IMG/VR virus record: IMGVR_UViG_3300032038_000016
Coordinates: 32,001 to 96,000 of that record
DNA: 64,000 bases
Source of the DNA: a virus
Lineage: Duplodnaviria > Caudoviricetes
Direction: 5' to 3' (one strand)
Part shown: piece after piece, positions 1 to 8,695 of the stretch
Numbering within the stretch: the first letter of the stretch is position 1
Layout: every line of letters starts with the position of its first letter
Translations under genes and position numbers: made by a program
The notes under the pieces: model-generated
The model's input: only the letters and a program-made list of their open reading frames with translations
Told to the model about the DNA's origin: nothing
Databases searched by the model: none

Positions 1-621
1 AATGACACCGAGTATGAATTCTCAGTGCTGTTGAAATATGAAGATGGGACTGAGCATTATGTGCCGGTTATTATTGGAATCGATAGAGAGGAATTCGATG
101 ACCTGATAGCCTGCACACCTCGGTATTTTGATAATCCCAATTACCCAAAATTCATCAGCCTTCGTTATTTTGATAATATTGAAACCCGCATGTTAAGTGT
201 AGCGTATATGGATTTCACAGCATTTGTTAAATCTATTACGTCATATATCCAATTATATACACACGATTTCAGCGAAATCTTCAATACCAGAATATTTGAC
301 ACTGTTTATTTGGGACATTCTCCATTGACATTTGGGGATATTGCTTATGCTAAACACAACGATTATGCATTAAAATCGTTGGTTGAATATCTCAATGTGA
401 TTTGGGAAAAGTGTGACAGAAAAAGAAAATATGTCGGTGTTGAGACAATCTGGCTGATCGATCAGATCCATGAGAATGACAACACCGATTGTTTCAAGTA
501 TCTTAGTGATGAATTGCGTGATAAACTGATTGACTTTTATGTGGATGCAAATCCTGAAATTGTTGTCTACTTAATTGAGACAGCACCGCACACCGACCCA
601 TTAGAGAGATTCAAATTATAA
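1..621 (+). CDS. hypothetical protein (5' truncated by window)
   Basis: Frame is open from position 1 to TAA at 621; no recognisable motif. Confidence 0.7.
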   Translation, partial: NDTEYEFSVLLKYEDGTEHYVPVIIGIDREEFDDLIACTPRYFDNPNYPKFISLRYFDNIETRMLSVAYMDFTAFVKSITSYIQLYTHDFSEIFNTRIFDTVYLGHSPLTFGDIAYAKHNDYALKSLVEYLNVIWEKCDRKRKYVGVETIWLIDQIHENDNTDCFKYLSDELRDKLIDFYVDANPEIVVYLIETAPHTDPLERFKL

Positions 622-633
622 GGAGATGAGATA

Positions 634-1083
634 ATGAAAATCGATTTAAACTTCTTTGACGATTTGATGGAGTCGAGTATGATGCTTCATGATATGCCTG
701 ATACGGTTGTGGCTGATAACCACAACTGTGTTACGACATACACACATCATATCGTATACAATGAGGAAGTCATCAAGGTGAAGATTATTAACCGTATCAA
801 GATGGGTTTGAACTTGATAACAGCACATCCTGACAATATTCTTGCGGACAGTATGCCGGATGAAGACACACAGGTGGAATGCATTTCCAAGTATGGCGTG
901 GTCAAAAGTAATGGAATGGATTATATGGTTTTTATGTGCGGATATCTCACCGTGTTATTTGGTAAGGAGAACATCCCACAGAAAGTTGCTGATTCATTCT
1001 ATTGTATCGAAAAACCAATGACAGAAATCATCATGGATGGAACAGATGACCGAATGAAACAGAAAATGAACGAAATGAAATAA
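634..1083 (+). CDS. hypothetical protein
   Basis: 149-aa ORF preceded by AAGGAG RBS. Confidence 0.75.
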   Translation: MKIDLNFFDDLMESSMMLHDMPDTVVADNHNCVTTYTHHIVYNEEVIKVKIINRIKMGLNLITAHPDNILADSMPDEDTQVECISKYGVVKSNGMDYMVFMCGYLTVLFGKENIPQKVADSFYCIEKPMTEIIMDGTDDRMKQKMNEMK

Positions 1084-1100
1084 TTGCGGATATTTACTCC

Positions 1101-1125
1101 TTTCAAATATATATAATTAATATGA
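1101..1125 (+). promoter_or_regulatory. putative phage early promoter (TCAnATATATAwwATTnAnnTG)
   Basis: TTTCAAATATATATAATTAATATGA is 23/25 identical to the minus-strand copy at 55697-55721; both precede small non-structural genes. Confidence 0.6.
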
Positions 1126-1167
1126 TATAGAAATATATTAATTTATATATAGAAAGGAGTGATTCGT

Positions 1168-1677
1168 ATGCAAGAACTTTATATCAAACTTAGTAAAGAT
1201 CAGATAGTCTTTAAGTATGAGCACTGGGGTTTCACACCATATGAAATCCTCGATGAACATCAGGAGATCAAAGAACTCCGTGACAGAAATCTTACACTCA
1301 TTTATCAAGCACCATTATTCGTGACTAGTCCATATGCTCCTCTAGTAGAAGGTGGTTTGACTTCCATCTCTGAGAATGTGATTCTTATTAATCCCAGAGA
1401 TTTTAGAAGTAAATACTTTCTGGAGTTCTGTTTGTTACATGAATTTGGACATATCACAAGTGGCAGCGGTGATGAGAAAGTTGCCGATAAGTTTGCAGAA
1501 CAACAACTGTTACAGAAATATGACAGAATCAAAACAGATGTTATCATCGGCGAATGGATGCTGGAATACTATCAGTACGACTACGACACTGATGATTTCA
1601 AACAGCATATACCAACTGTTTACAAACATAGGGAGAAAATCATGCGTGATTATCTGAAGAAAAGAATCGCTCCGTAA
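1168..1677 (+). CDS. ImmA/IrrE-like zinc metallopeptidase
   Basis: LLHEFGHI (HExxH) followed by E-x-x-A-D-x-F-A; ATG at 1168 follows AAAGGAG RBS. Confidence 0.65.
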   Translation: MQELYIKLSKDQIVFKYEHWGFTPYEILDEHQEIKELRDRNLTLIYQAPLFVTSPYAPLVEGGLTSISENVILINPRDFRSKYFLEFCLLHEFGHITSGSGDEKVADKFAEQQLLQKYDRIKTDVIIGEWMLEYYQYDYDTDDFKQHIPTVYKHREKIMRDYLKKRIAP

Positions 1678-1693
1678 AGGGCGATTCTTTTTT
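1661..1693 (+). terminator. rho-independent terminator
   Basis: AAAGAATCGC...GCGATTCTTT stem followed by a T-run. Confidence 0.8.
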
Positions 1694-1732
1694 GTACCGT
1701 CTATTACATATTTTTTGAAAGGAATGATTTGT

Positions 1733-2140
1733 ATGCAAGTTTTGAATTCTTGGTTTGATACAAAGTCTTTTATTGCACATTCAATTGGTCAAATCCACAA
1801 TTATTTTTTGTTTGTTTTTCATGATATTAAAGCACTTGACCAAACAGCATCGAAATTTGATCACATATCCAATGTCTATTTTACAAATGATTATCAATAT
1901 CTTAATCTGAATAATTGGGACATCGTAACTGGATATCATTTGAAATTAACAGTCCATAAAGAGGAGAATATGAAATTCGTGACAACAATCCATGTGACAT
2001 CAATTGATCATGATACAGAAACAGAGATTATCAAGGAATACAAACATGATCAATTTGCAAATATTGAATTTGTGATATTTGATTTGATGTATCTATGTGA
2101 AACGAATACCATCGAAGGACTCATTGACAAATTAAGATGA
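1733..2140 (+). CDS. hypothetical protein
   Basis: ORF with GAAAGGA RBS; ATG at 1733 preferred over TTG at 1715. Confidence 0.7.
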   Translation: MQVLNSWFDTKSFIAHSIGQIHNYFLFVFHDIKALDQTASKFDHISNVYFTNDYQYLNLNNWDIVTGYHLKLTVHKEENMKFVTTIHVTSIDHDTETEIIKEYKHDQFANIEFVIFDLMYLCETNTIEGLIDKLR

Positions 2141-2145
2141 ATGGA

Positions 2146-2163
2146 GAGCCCCATATGGGGCTC
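2146..2163. terminator. palindromic hairpin at convergent junction (bidirectional terminator)
   Basis: GAGCCCC-ATAT-GGGGCTC between convergent genes. Confidence 0.65.
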
Positions 2164-2191
2164 CTATTAATATTAATCATTTTATAAATAT

Positions 2192-3379
2192 TTATTTCTT
2201 TTTATATTGAATCATTGCCTTGGATGGTGCTGGTGATATCGTGCATGAAAATGTGTTACTACCGATATTCGTTGGAATTTTTTGTGAGAGTGGTAATACT
2301 TCTTCTTCTGGCGTATCGAGGACATACCAAACTGTCACGGGGGTTCCGGCGGAGTATTGGGTGGCGAGGTAGGTTTTGAAATCGTCGTCAAATAATCTTG
2401 TTCCAAAATATAACTTCTGTAGATCGAGTCTGATGAACGCATAACCAAATCTGTATGCATCAGCTGGAATCGTGGGCGTGCTCATAAAATGTGTGCAAAC
2501 TACTTGTAGTGTTGCCGATATCGTTGTAAGTTGGACATTCACGGTGTTAGTCATACTATCCGGCGTCACTCGTTCTTCCCCTGTAAGCACCAGCTTCTTA
2601 ATCCTTCTCACAACCACACCACGATTGTAATCGACATAATCCGCATAGTCGTCAATCTTGTGAAGAGGTTCAGAACCAATATAGACGGGAGTAGTAACAG
2701 TGTTCGTTCCGTTTGTCACCACCACCGGAATTTTGTAGCCGTAGGGAATATAATCACTTCTGACAGAGTCACCCTCAACAAGCATCAGTTCGCTTAGCCA
2801 CTTATTTACAACGGAAAGATTTGACTGAAAAACAATATATTTTGCATTTTCACTTGTTTTAAAAGTATAGTGTGATTGATCTTCGCCACGCATGATAAGA
2901 ATGCTTGGTATTTGGGGGTATCTGTTTTGTTTGGTTGGAACATCATCTGATTGTATTTCGAGAATTCGAAAAATCTTATATGTTCCCTCGGTGGAAAGTG
3001 TGTATTGCGTGTTTGGCTTAACTTGAATCCTAACACTTCTGGAATCACTAGCGTAAAACCAGTTTCCATTACTTAGTATCCAAGCACTATATACTACCGC
3101 CGTATCTTTATCAAATAGATTCTCCGTCTGTTCCCCGCACCCCTGAACCTCAACCGGAGTTTCCGGAGTAGGAGTTCCATCTTGAATTGTGTTTCCATAA
3201 ATGCGATAATTTCGTAATTTGTTACTCGATGTGAAGCATTCTATTGGAAACGGTCCTTCTAATGTCTTCCAATTTTTAAAAACCAGATTCCCAGATCTAT
3301 CATAGATTCTTTCAATATCTTTACCATTCGCATCTTTAATTAATACAACATTTTTACTAATTATAGGATCGATAATCAT
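2192..3379 (-). CDS. tail fibre/receptor-binding-like structural protein
   Basis: YGNTIQDGTPTPETPVEV...NLFD and carbohydrate-binding-like beta-rich region resembling Firmicute phage tail proteins; end of a fibre gene cluster. Confidence 0.5.
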   Translation of the reverse strand: MIIDPIISKNVVLIKDANGKDIERIYDRSGNLVFKNWKTLEGPFPIECFTSSNKLRNYRIYGNTIQDGTPTPETPVEVQGCGEQTENLFDKDTAVVYSAWILSNGNWFYASDSRSVRIQVKPNTQYTLSTEGTYKIFRILEIQSDDVPTKQNRYPQIPSILIMRGEDQSHYTFKTSENAKYIVFQSNLSVVNKWLSELMLVEGDSVRSDYIPYGYKIPVVVTNGTNTVTTPVYIGSEPLHKIDDYADYVDYNRGVVVRRIKKLVLTGEERVTPDSMTNTVNVQLTTISATLQVVCTHFMSTPTIPADAYRFGYAFIRLDLQKLYFGTRLFDDDFKTYLATQYSAGTPVTVWYVLDTPEEEVLPLSQKIPTNIGSNTFSCTISPAPSKAMIQYKKK

Positions 3380-4344
3380 TATGCATCATCCTCCTCATAA
3401 ATACAATAAAAATCGTATTCATTAGTCGATGTTAATTGCTGATATTCGCTTTGTGTTCCAGTCCAAATTGTTTTCATTTTGGACACGTCGACACCGGTTT
3501 GTGCATTGTTGACGTAAATTAATCCATTCCAATCAACAGCAAATGCATTGGAACGATTTGAATCATCCGTTCCATTTCCTATAATAAAAGCATATTGGCC
3601 AGCTTCATCTTTAATATTGTTTCGTCCTTGAACATGTTGTGTAGATGATGATGCGGTTGTACCAATTCCTTCAGCATGAGAATAATCACCTGATGCAGTT
3701 GTACTAAGTCCCTCGGCATGAGAATCCAAGCCTGATGCGGTTGTACCAATTCCTTCAGCATGAGAACACTCTCCTGATGCAGTTGTACTAAATCCTTCAG
3801 CATGAGAATAATCACCTGATGCAATTGTACCTTGTCCCTCGGCATGAGAACACTCTCCTGATGCAGTTGTCCTAAGTCCCTCGGCATGAGAATAATCACC
3901 TGATGCGGTTGTACCAGCTCCTTCGGCATGAGAATAATCACCTGATGCGGTTGTATTTTGTCCCTCGGCATGAGAATAACGTCCTGATGCGGTTGTACCA
4001 GCTCCTTCGGCATGAGAACACTCTCCTGATGCAGTTGTACTAAGTCCCTCGGCATGAGAATCCAAGCCTGATGCTTTATTGGCGGTATAATTATTAAATA
4101 TTTCAGCACCATCACCAGCGGTGACAGTTGAACCATTTATTGTATATTCAGTCCCTGTGACATTTTTACCAACTGCTGTTGCATTTTCCTCTATTCCAGA
4201 TAGTTTTGTTTTTTCAGCAGTTGTATAATCCTCTGTCGATAATCCTTTTCCAGTAATCTTATCAACCTTGATATCAAGGTTGATAAGAATTTTCTGAATA
4301 AGTTCTGATGCGTTTATGTATGACACAAAATTTTCTTTTGCCAT
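3379..4344 (-). CDS. tail fibre/adhesin with YadA-head-like SHAEG repeats
   Basis: KVDKITGKGLSTEDYTTAEKTKLSGIE fibre motif plus ten 14-aa SHAEGxxTTASGxx repeats, then IIGNGT..RSNA. Confidence 0.75.
   Translation of the reverse strand: MAKENFVSYINASELIQKILINLDIKVDKITGKGLSTEDYTTAEKTKLSGIEENATAVGKNVTGTEYTINGSTVTAGDGAEIFNNYTANKASGLDSHAEGLSTTASGECSHAEGAGTTASGRYSHAEGQNTTASGDYSHAEGAGTTASGDYSHAEGLRTTASGECSHAEGQGTIASGDYSHAEGFSTTASGECSHAEGIGTTASGLDSHAEGLSTTASGDYSHAEGIGTTASSSTQHVQGRNNIKDEAGQYAFIIGNGTDDSNRSNAFAVDWNGLIYVNNAQTGVDVSKMKTIWTGTQSEYQQLTSTNEYDFYCIYEEDDA
3650..4075 (-). repeat. 10 x 42-nt imperfect tandem coding repeat (SHAEG)
   Basis: Recurrent gcatgagaa...cctgatgc(a/g)gttgt units at 42-nt period. 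Confidence 0.9.
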
Positions 4345-4361
4345 AATTTACACACCCCTCA

Positions 4362-4922
4362 TCATTCGAGAAGAGCAGTTAATGTTGTCATTTGCTCAGT
4401 TGTAAGTGGTTCCGGTGTTGCCTCATCAATCAAATCAATAATAGTAACAGCGTCGGCATCACTCGCATTCCAATCTCCAGCAGCATGACTTTTATTGAAC
4501 TCATATAATGTATTATTATATTTGACAATATCACCAGTTTCATAAGTTTTTTTCTTATCGAAATCATCAACTGAGATCATATCGGAAATCTTTTCGATTT
4601 CAGCATAAATTGCATCGACATCAACAAAAGAACTAATGACATCGAATTTCATGGAGGGTGATTGATCTGTTCCGACATTTACAATTACGACGTTGGTTCC
4701 AGCTGGATACTTCTTACCAGCACCTTCTACGAAATTCGCAGTTGTAGTAAATTCATCGGTTACATTATACACATAACCAGTCATTGCCTTGGTCGGACTT
4801 GCTGGAAGACTTGCAAAAGCTGAATTTCCTTTGACAACATAAGCACCGTTCAGGGCCTTCAGTTTATTACCGATATTTGTCATAAGTTGTTGCGCGTCTG
4901 CATAAGATACAAAATTAGCCAT
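4362..4922 (-). CDS. fibre/decoration-like protein with C-terminal CBM5/12-like motif
   Basis: GYVYNVTDEFTTT..FVEGAG..YPAGTNV and DFDKKKTYETGDIVKYNNTLY; AGGAG RBS before ATG at 4922. Confidence 0.5.
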   Translation of the reverse strand: MANFVSYADAQQLMTNIGNKLKALNGAYVVKGNSAFASLPASPTKAMTGYVYNVTDEFTTTANFVEGAGKKYPAGTNVVIVNVGTDQSPSMKFDVISSFVDVDAIYAEIEKISDMISVDDFDKKKTYETGDIVKYNNTLYEFNKSHAAGDWNASDADAVTIIDLIDEATPEPLTTEQMTTLTALLE

Positions 4923-4984
4923 AATTAACATCTCCTAAATAATATTTTTTTGTTTGGCTTTAAATTGTGAATTTATTAAAGTTA

Positions 4985-5386
4985 TCATGACTTTAATAAG
5001 TTATTGAGTTGTTCATCTGTCAAATTCACAATGCCAATTTCAGCAATAGTTTTATTTCCAGTTAACGTAACACCATTAATTTTTGGCTTATTTGTTAATT
5101 CATTATAGTCAAACGTTCCAGAACCGGAACTAGATTGACCACTACCGCTAGATGATGACCCATCATCATACTCCGGAAAATACTCTTTAATGTTATTCAT
5201 CGTTATAAGTTTTTTCGTTCCAGCTGCGAAAATTAAAAGATTGGCATAGTGCCGTAATATGAGAAAATCGGCTAATGACAGATCATATCCCAGTACAGGT
5301 GATTGCTTAGAGACAGGTGACGGAACCCATTCATGTGCATGATACTTTGATCGTGCATAAATATCAACAGTTGTCATGTATTTCAA
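4985..5386 (-). CDS. fibre-associated protein
   Basis: C-terminal DYNELTNKPKINGVTLTGNKT motif common in phage fibre proteins. Confidence 0.5.
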   Translation of the reverse strand: MKYMTTVDIYARSKYHAHEWVPSPVSKQSPVLGYDLSLADFLILRHYANLLIFAAGTKKLITMNNIKEYFPEYDDGSSSSGSGQSSSGSGTFDYNELTNKPKINGVTLTGNKTIAEIGIVNLTDEQLNNLLKS

Positions 5387-5401
5387 CTCCTTTATGAAAT
5401 T

Positions 5402-5414
5402 TTATAAAAGCGTG
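5402..5414 (-). promoter_or_regulatory. putative late promoter (CACG-N6-TAA)
   Basis: One-base variant of AACG-N6-TAA, upstream of the fibre cluster. Confidence 0.35.
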
Positions 5415-5468
5415 CCGATTAATAAAATACACGAAGTTAATTTTATTATCTTAGAAATGAAGATAGTT

Positions 5469-5734
5469 ATGAGCACATCAAAACATTTAACAATGTGGAG
5501 ATTAATGCGGACTTTTCGACATATACAAATCACACGGATAACTTAGTATCACAAGAAAGTATTCGAACATCATTGGGTAAGATTCAGAAATGGAAGAATG
5601 ATTTTCATTCCGTTGTATGGGATGGAGATGCAGATACAGTTGGTGGATTTACGGTTGAAACAAATGTTTCAAGTGACTGGGTTGATTTATTAAAAGAAAT
5701 AATGTGGGGGTTAACCCCCACATTATTTGATTAA
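5469..5734 (+). pseudogene. frameshifted/truncated tail-fibre fragment
   Basis: ATG AGC ACA TCA at 5469 joins the 5495 ORF only via a -1 shift in the AAAA run. The product has fibre motifs (SLGKIQKW; GDADTVGGFTV) and runs into a terminator hairpin. Confidence 0.45.
5697..5728. terminator. perfect palindrome at convergent junction
   Basis: AAATAATGTGGGGG-TTAA-CCCCCACATTATTT. Confidence 0.7.
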
Positions 5735-7077
5735 GTAGTCATCATAGTTTGTTGCTGATTTTGATTTGCCGTTGGTTGCACATGAATTTGTCCTCTGGCA
5801 ACAGCTCTTCTTTGTGGTGGCATATTGGCATCTTCTGGATGTGCAGTAATCCATTTTTGCCAAGCATCCCATTTTAATTTCCATATATCATATTTATTAA
5901 TATCTTCAACGATTTTGAATATCGTATCATTTGTGAATAATATACAAGATTTAATTGTATTGGAAATTGTTTGAATAAAGGATAATAGAATAGAAACTGT
6001 TTTCTTTTCCATATTCTTTCCAATAAAATTTATGTTATTATATTTTGACGTATCTGTGATTTCTTTGTATTTTTGCATGTATGCTTGGATGTCTGCGATT
6101 GCTCGCATGGTTATTTTCATTGCATTACTTGGTGCTGTTTTGTCTTGTATCTTAAAGAAACCAAATCCCTGTTCACGTTCAATTCCCATCAGAATTCCTT
6201 CTTTTGCAGATTGACTCCATCCATTGTTATGAATAACTTGATCTTGTTCAATAGTAGTTTGCAATTGTTGTAATAGCTTATCAATATCGCCATGGTGAAC
6301 ACCTTTTGCAGATTTATCATATAATAAATTAAGAAGTGCCAATACATTGTCTAGCATTCGATGTGTTGAGTAATCGAATTCCGAAGATCTCTCGAAGAAT
6401 GTGTGTAAAAATACATTGACTTGTTCCATAATCCTTTGAGTGTCATCTTGTGGATTTGATATCGCACTTGTTAATTTTGGAATCTTGATATCTGTCAATT
6501 GTTTGCTCTCATCTAGATTTAGCCACATACTTTGGAAGTCACCTGGGTTTTCGGGTTTGACTACTGGCACATTATTTTCTGCAGTAGCAGGTTGTGATGT
6601 ATTTTGTTGCTGTGTACCAGTAGTTGTTTGTTGCGTATTAGTAGTCGCTTGTTGTTGCTGTTGTGCTTGTTGTTGCTGTTGTGCTTGTTGTTGCTGAACT
6701 TGTGATTGAGCCTTTTCAAAGAACTTCATTAACAAGTTACAAATTACTTTAATGATATTGGCGATTGTTGTCATGTATTTAAGCATGATAGTTGCATCAG
6801 GATTATTAGTTGTTTGCATTTGCTGATTTTGGTTCATAGTTGGAGCTGCATTGTTTTGTGCTGTATTTGTTGTGGTTTGTTGTTGTGATGGTGCTGATGA
6901 TTGCTTCACTTGTGATGATTGTTGCATCGCTGGTTGTGACGCAGCTGTTCCATCTTCTAATATCAATGCATAATAGTCAGACGTATCTGCTTCTTTTAAT
7001 AAGTATCTAGTTTGTTCCAATAATACTTCTGTAGAAGAAACTGCACATAGAAAATCTAATTCATTCAAATCAATCAT
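5731..7077 (-). CDS. putative internal head protein, shared-leader family, Gln-rich
   Basis: Leader ..SSTEVLLEQTRYLLKE..ALILE|DG, poly-Q/T linkers, amphipathic helix TIANIIKVICNLLMKFF. Confidence 0.55.
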   Translation of the reverse strand: MIDLNELDFLCAVSSTEVLLEQTRYLLKEADTSDYYALILEDGTAASQPAMQQSSQVKQSSAPSQQQTTTNTAQNNAAPTMNQNQQMQTTNNPDATIMLKYMTTIANIIKVICNLLMKFFEKAQSQVQQQQAQQQQQAQQQQQATTNTQQTTTGTQQQNTSQPATAENNVPVVKPENPGDFQSMWLNLDESKQLTDIKIPKLTSAISNPQDDTQRIMEQVNVFLHTFFERSSEFDYSTHRMLDNVLALLNLLYDKSAKGVHHGDIDKLLQQLQTTIEQDQVIHNNGWSQSAKEGILMGIEREQGFGFFKIQDKTAPSNAMKITMRAIADIQAYMQKYKEITDTSKYNNINFIGKNMEKKTVSILLSFIQTISNTIKSCILFTNDTIFKIVEDINKYDIWKLKWDAWQKWITAHPEDANMPPQRRAVARGQIHVQPTANQNQQQTMMTT

Positions 7078-8695
7078 GTTTTTCACCACCATCATTAATC
7101 ACATTTGTAATTTTCGTGTCATCACCATTTGTTCTTTTGTATTCTTCAATTTTCTTTGTTGCTCGTTTTTCCATCTTTTCATTAGAAGAGGAATCACGTT
7201 GACCAAGTCCATAGTCAATACAAACCCAACAATTACGATCGGATGACCACATGATGTTTCCATCATTAAAATCGGTTACAACTAATCTTAATTCAGGATG
7301 ACGAGCGGTAAAGTCTTTGAATTGATTCTTAACAGTTGTTAGCATTTGTGGGGTTGGATGTTTTCCTGCGCGATCCACAATACGCTCCATATCAATCACA
7401 GCACAATCTTTTCCATATTTCCCAACAATCGCAGCAGAAGCTTTGATCATATCTTCTTCCTTGGAACGTTGTAAGAATTCTGACATACGAACTTCATTCT
7501 TGTTGGATGTTAGACCACGTCCACTAAAAGCGATTTTTGTAATGATCTTCTTATCTCGTGGGAATAATACCATACGTGTCTGACCCATTGGGACTTTTTC
7601 GAAATCAGTTTTATCACCACGAATCTCCACATTGGCAATGAGCCATGTGTTATATGCGACAAACTTTGGAGGAACACCAGCATCAATACACATCTCCACA
7701 AACTTTGCCAAGTCATTTTTATTAGTAATGGAATTGACATATTGTGCTTTGATCATGTATACCTTACCAATCTCATTAGATAAACCATTTAACCCATGTT
7801 GACAAGTCTCCAATTCACGAACCAATTGATTCATTGCATCAATTGTTTCTCCATCCATATGAGAAATGACATGATTTGCATTTTGAAAATGATCCATCAT
7901 ATTGGTTAACTTGTTAATTGTTGCGGAGAATGTTGTGAATTCTTTCATGCTAATTTTTGTTCCACCAGCATTTAGTTCCGCACCAAGCTTGTGCGATTTC
8001 GCAATTGCTTTTTTAATATCATCACGAAGCTGTTTCTGATTGATTTCCTGTTTGTCAACCAGATCAACAGCTTGTTCAACAATTCTTCCCAAGTTTTCCA
8101 AAGCATCAGGATGTTTGATGTAATATACCATGTTCTTATAGACGATGGTATTGTCTTCTAATCCATGTACACCATGTGAATTGGATACATGTTTTAATTT
8201 TCCTTCATCATCCTTTTCGTAATTAACCCCGATTAATCCAATATACAGACTATCATCTTCTGTAATTTCTTTGATGAATATTGGTGTTGCGGATAACACC
8301 ACATTCTCTTTACCTTTGAATGGCGTCTTTAAATTACTTTCTGCTTCTGCCATTCGTTTCGGTAAATTCTTTTTTGGGACAACTTGTGATGCAACTTCAT
8401 TCGGTGTCTTGGAAGAACCCTTTGGCTTTTCCTTACGTTTGAAATTAAACATGCCTTTCAACAAGTTTGATGCATGATCAGCAACTCCATTCATGGCTTT
8501 TGTTGTTTTCTTTAATAATTGCCATGTACGAATACCGATATCTCCCTCTTGCACAATCTCATCATAAGAATGATGCATCAAATATTGTTCAATTAACAAA
8601 TATTCTTTGTGATTTTGCTCGAGCAATGTATTGATCACATTCTGTTGAGAATCATACATTGCTTCATCTAATTCTTCAAAAATGTAATCAATCAT
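7070..8695 (-). CDS. shared-leader protein with C-terminal protein-kinase-like domain
   Basis: GQTR Gly-loop remnant, ITKIA (Lys), NKNE (Glu), DMERI hinge, TDFNDGN catalytic loop, CIDYG; leader ends EIVQE|G. Confidence 0.75.
   Translation of the reverse strand: MIDYIFEELDEAMYDSQQNVINTLLEQNHKEYLLIEQYLMHHSYDEIVQEGDIGIRTWQLLKKTTKAMNGVADHASNLLKGMFNFKRKEKPKGSSKTPNEVASQVVPKKNLPKRMAEAESNLKTPFKGKENVVLSATPIFIKEITEDDSLYIGLIGVNYEKDDEGKLKHVSNSHGVHGLEDNTIVYKNMVYYIKHPDALENLGRIVEQAVDLVDKQEINQKQLRDDIKKAIAKSHKLGAELNAGGTKISMKEFTTFSATINKLTNMMDHFQNANHVISHMDGETIDAMNQLVRELETCQHGLNGLSNEIGKVYMIKAQYVNSITNKNDLAKFVEMCIDAGVPPKFVAYNTWLIANVEIRGDKTDFEKVPMGQTRMVLFPRDKKIITKIAFSGRGLTSNKNEVRMSEFLQRSKEEDMIKASAAIVGKYGKDCAVIDMERIVDRAGKHPTPQMLTTVKNQFKDFTARHPELRLVVTDFNDGNIMWSSDRNCWVCIDYGLGQRDSSSNEKMEKRATKKIEEYKRTNGDDTKITNVINDGGEKHD

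Noticed and set aside
3650-4075. Regularly spaced repeats resembling a CRISPR array
   Set aside because: The 42-nt period is in frame, encodes SHAEG repeats and has no unique spacers.
2192-4344. Diversity-generating retroelement target in fibre genes
   Set aside because: No template/variable repeat pair differing at adenines and no reverse transcriptase seen in the window.
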